DNA from: Eledone cirrhosa
Lineage: Eukaryota
Assembly: GCA_964016885.1 (NCBI GenBank)
Contig: OZ024743.1
Coordinates: 48,608,001 to 48,672,000, forward strand
Direction: 5' to 3'
DNA length: 64,000 nt
Shown here: one piece after another, positions 60,900 to 64,000 of the stretch
How positions within the stretch are numbered: the stretch's first letter is position 1
Layout of the letters: every line of letters starts with the position of its first letter
The notes under the pieces: model-generated
Seen by the model: only the letters and a program-made list of their open reading frames with translations
Databases searched by the model: none
What the model was told of the DNA's origin: nothing
Program-made: the position numbers and the translations under genes

Positions 60900-62559
60900 G
60901 ATGATGCACGAAATTGAAATCAAAATTGAGCTTATGGAAGGACACTAATGAAGTAATTGACTGGTTTAAAAATATAGAAAATAAGAAAAATCACAAATTC
61001 ATCCAAATAGACATAGCAAGTTATTCTTCTTCTATTACACCTAACCTATTAAATAAGGCTTTGTCTTATGCTTACAAACATACAGATCTAACTGCAGATG
61101 AAATCAATATCATATTAACTGCTAGAAGAACTCTAATTAATTTCAACAATGAGTATTGGACCCATTCAGATAGGAATAGAAACTTTGACATTACCACGGG
61201 ATCATCGGACTCTGCGCAGGTCACCGATCTGGGGATTTTTATCTTAAATATGGTAAATAGAAAACTGCCGGAGATTATCGGTGGTTTATATAGGGACGAT
61301 ATTTTATTTATGGTTGTCAAACACAGCAATACAGAACTAAATAGGGTTAAGAAAACTATAATTGAATTCTTTAAAAATTACGACTTTAAATTAAAATAGT
61401 TAATTTCCTTGATGTTACCCCTAACTTAAACTCAGGATTTTATTACCCTTTCCATAAGCCCGATGAAAACTTAAATTACGTTAGCTATTACTCTAATCAC
61501 CCTAAATCCGTGAAAAATGCAATAGTCAATAGTGTACAGAAACGCATAACTAGAATATCCGCTAATAAATCCATATTTGATGAAAAAGCAGGATATTATA
61601 ATGACGCACTACGTAAGGCAGGTTATAAAAATAATATTGAATATATAGATAATAATAATTTGAATTATAATCTTGGTAAAAATAATACTAACATATATAA
61701 ACGAGATTCTAAAAATTATAATACAAACACCAGTACCGTGAATAAATCGGGGAAAAAAATCAGAACTAAATCAGTTATATGGTTTGCTCCTCCCGCATCT
61801 GTAGCAATAAAAACACCACTTGCAAATCTATTCTTTAAAGCTTTAGATAAATGCTTCCCCATACAACATAAATACCATTCCATATTTAACAGACACACAA
61901 TTAAGCTTTCTTATTCTACAACTATGAATATGGCCCAGAATTGCAAAAATAAATAGTAGAATTCTAAATCATAACCAACAAACAATTAGGGATAATGAAT
62001 ATAATAACACTAGCAATATTAATACTAGGAATAACAATAACATTAATCTAAGCACTATCAAAGTACTAGCAATGTTAATGTCAATTGTCCAATTTATAGT
62101 AATAACAATAAATCGAAATGTAATTGTAGAAATAGATCAAATTGCCCTCTGCAAAATAATTGTCTGGATAGCAATCTGGTCTATAAATGCACCGTAAAAG
62201 CAAATAACATCACATACAACTATATTGGTGCAACTTCATCGACATTTAAATTAAGATTTTCGAATCACAAATGTTCTTTTTCGAATCCAAATAGGAAATC
62301 TTTGACTTCTTTATCACAACTTATATGGTCATTAAAAGACAAAAATTTAAAATACTCGATTTCTTGGTCAAAGCTGTGTAATAGTCGAATCTACTTGAAT
62401 TCTTCAATATCACCTAACTCCAATCTTTGTACTATGGAGACCCTATTAATAATTACTAATTATGAAAATTTAATTAACAAAAAAAGTGAATTATTCTCAA
62501 ATTGCCTACATAAAGCTTCTTCTACATTCCAAGCCTCGCAAAAAGTCAGGAATAAATAA
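60900..62559 (+). mobile_element. Penelope-like element, 5'-truncated and frameshifted RT plus GIY-YIG endonuclease
   Basis: KFIQIDIASY, FDITTGS.DSAQVTDLG, GLYRDD, NFLDVT..L...YYPFHKP, IWFAPP, HSIFNRHTIKLSYSTTMN, and CNCRNRSNCPLQNNCLDSNLVYKC...YIGATSSTFKLRFSNH. Confidence 0.9.
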
Positions 62560-62759
62560 GTTCTAATTTTTGACGTTTCTTATCAACTGAGTGCGTAAAA
62601 TGATATTATAACAGATTATGAAACCTTATAATAATTTTTACTCATTTACGATATGATTAATGTTAGATTAAGGGTTCTATATAAATATATAAACATATAG
62701 ACTGTTAACATGATCTCTTGATGAATATGCATATCATTTGATTGTGTAAGTACATATAA

Positions 62760-63870
62760 TTTTGTCGGGATTTTTGTATTCTTTAAAATATATAGCTTAT
62801 ATGGTTAACAGTTATAAGGAACCGTAGACCATTCATTTATTTATTTGGAATATGTTGTTTTTAAGATTCAAGATGTTTGATTTATATATTTATGGTATAT
62901 GTGTCGTACACGATCCTAGTCGACAAACTTTTTCCACTTAACTTGATGTAAAACTTCAATTATAACATTATTAACAATAATTGTATTTATTATTTATTAT
63001 ATGTATATAAATCACTAATATCGTCTTAAGTTTTAAACAGAATACTCTGTATGTATTTAGACAAATGTGTATATCTAGTTTAATATTTATAAGTGCCTTA
63101 GATACTTAAGGACATTCTAGTGTTATAATTGTTAAATATTTTCTAAATTATATAATGATTATTTTTTTAATTTAATTTTTTTAGATATAATTAAATTTGG
63201 GTTACTTTCGGGTTGATGAAAATCTTAAGTCTTTTCTTTCTCATGTTTGCAGACACTTTAAATATGATATTATACTATAATATAGATCCTTAAAAATTTT
63301 CTTGTATTTTTAAATTATATAGCTTAGATATTTGACACTTATAGGATCGCAAACCATTTATTTATTTATTTTGAATCTGTGTCTTATCTTTTATGATTCA
63401 CAAAGTTTGATTTGTATATTTATAGTATATAAGTATTACATGATCCTAATATAATAATTGACGTAAAACCTTACTTTTAACAATATTAATAGTAACTTAT
63501 TTATTATATAATATTATATTATATATAACTGACTAATATCGTCTTAAACTTTAAACAATATACTCTTTGTATAAATTTAGACAAATGTGTATATCTAGTT
63601 TAATAATATCCTTTTTAAGTATAATTATAAGGCCTTTGGATACTTTAGGGCATTATAATTGTTAATTTAAAATTTTTAAAGTTATAATTGTAATTACTTT
63701 CTAAATTATATAATGATTATTTTTTAATATAAAATCTCTTTAATATAAATTTTTTTAATATAATCCAATATGGATTACCTTCGGGATGGAGAAAATATTA
63801 AGTTTCTTCTTTCTCATGTTTGCAAATACTTTAAATATGATATTATACTATAATATAAAAACTTATAAAT
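62760..63870. repeat. Diverged tandem duplication (~520-570-bp period) in the AT-rich Penelope 3' region
   Basis: Paired blocks include ACTAATATCGTCTTAA (~63014 and ~63532) and CTTTCTCATGTTTGCA...AAATATGATATTATACTATAATATA (~63236 and ~63810). Confidence 0.8.
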
Positions 63871-64000
63871 TTTTATAGCCCGAAATATTATACCTTTAGA
63901 TTAATTCACTATTTTGAGCTAACATAAATGATTCGAAATTTAACGGTCATCCAAATACGTTTGGATATATATAATTGATTAATAGTTTATTTCTAATTAA

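Overview
This is AT-rich eukaryotic (animal) genomic DNA dominated by transposon debris and (TA)n/(CA)n/(GAT)n microsatellites. The SINE and RTE complement suggests an octopus or other cephalopod, which is an inference. I can support two spliced host genes, arranged head-to-head with start codons only 110 bp apart: a 4-exon RNase H2 subunit C gene (minus strand, 35772-43323) and an uncharacterised ~103-aa single-pass membrane protein (plus strand, 43434-50319). Mobile elements include RTE-clade LINEs (at least two young families, called A and B here), tRNA-derived SINEs, Vingi-, CRE-, Penelope-, Gypsy- and Tc1/mariner-like remnants, piggyBac-type MITEs and Helitrons. Highlights: (1) a near full-length RTE LINE headed by an almost complete 5S rRNA sequence with no Pol III terminator directly after it; (2) a PHD finger inserted inside the RT domain of these RTEs; (3) an 18-bp target-site duplication now inverted and 16.5 kb apart, which points to a >=13-kb inversion between two family-A copies; (4) evidence that a (TA)n tract was created at the 5' junction during insertion; (5) several hammerhead ribozyme motifs around Penelope-like sequence. 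All analysis was by eye, and no database searches were run.
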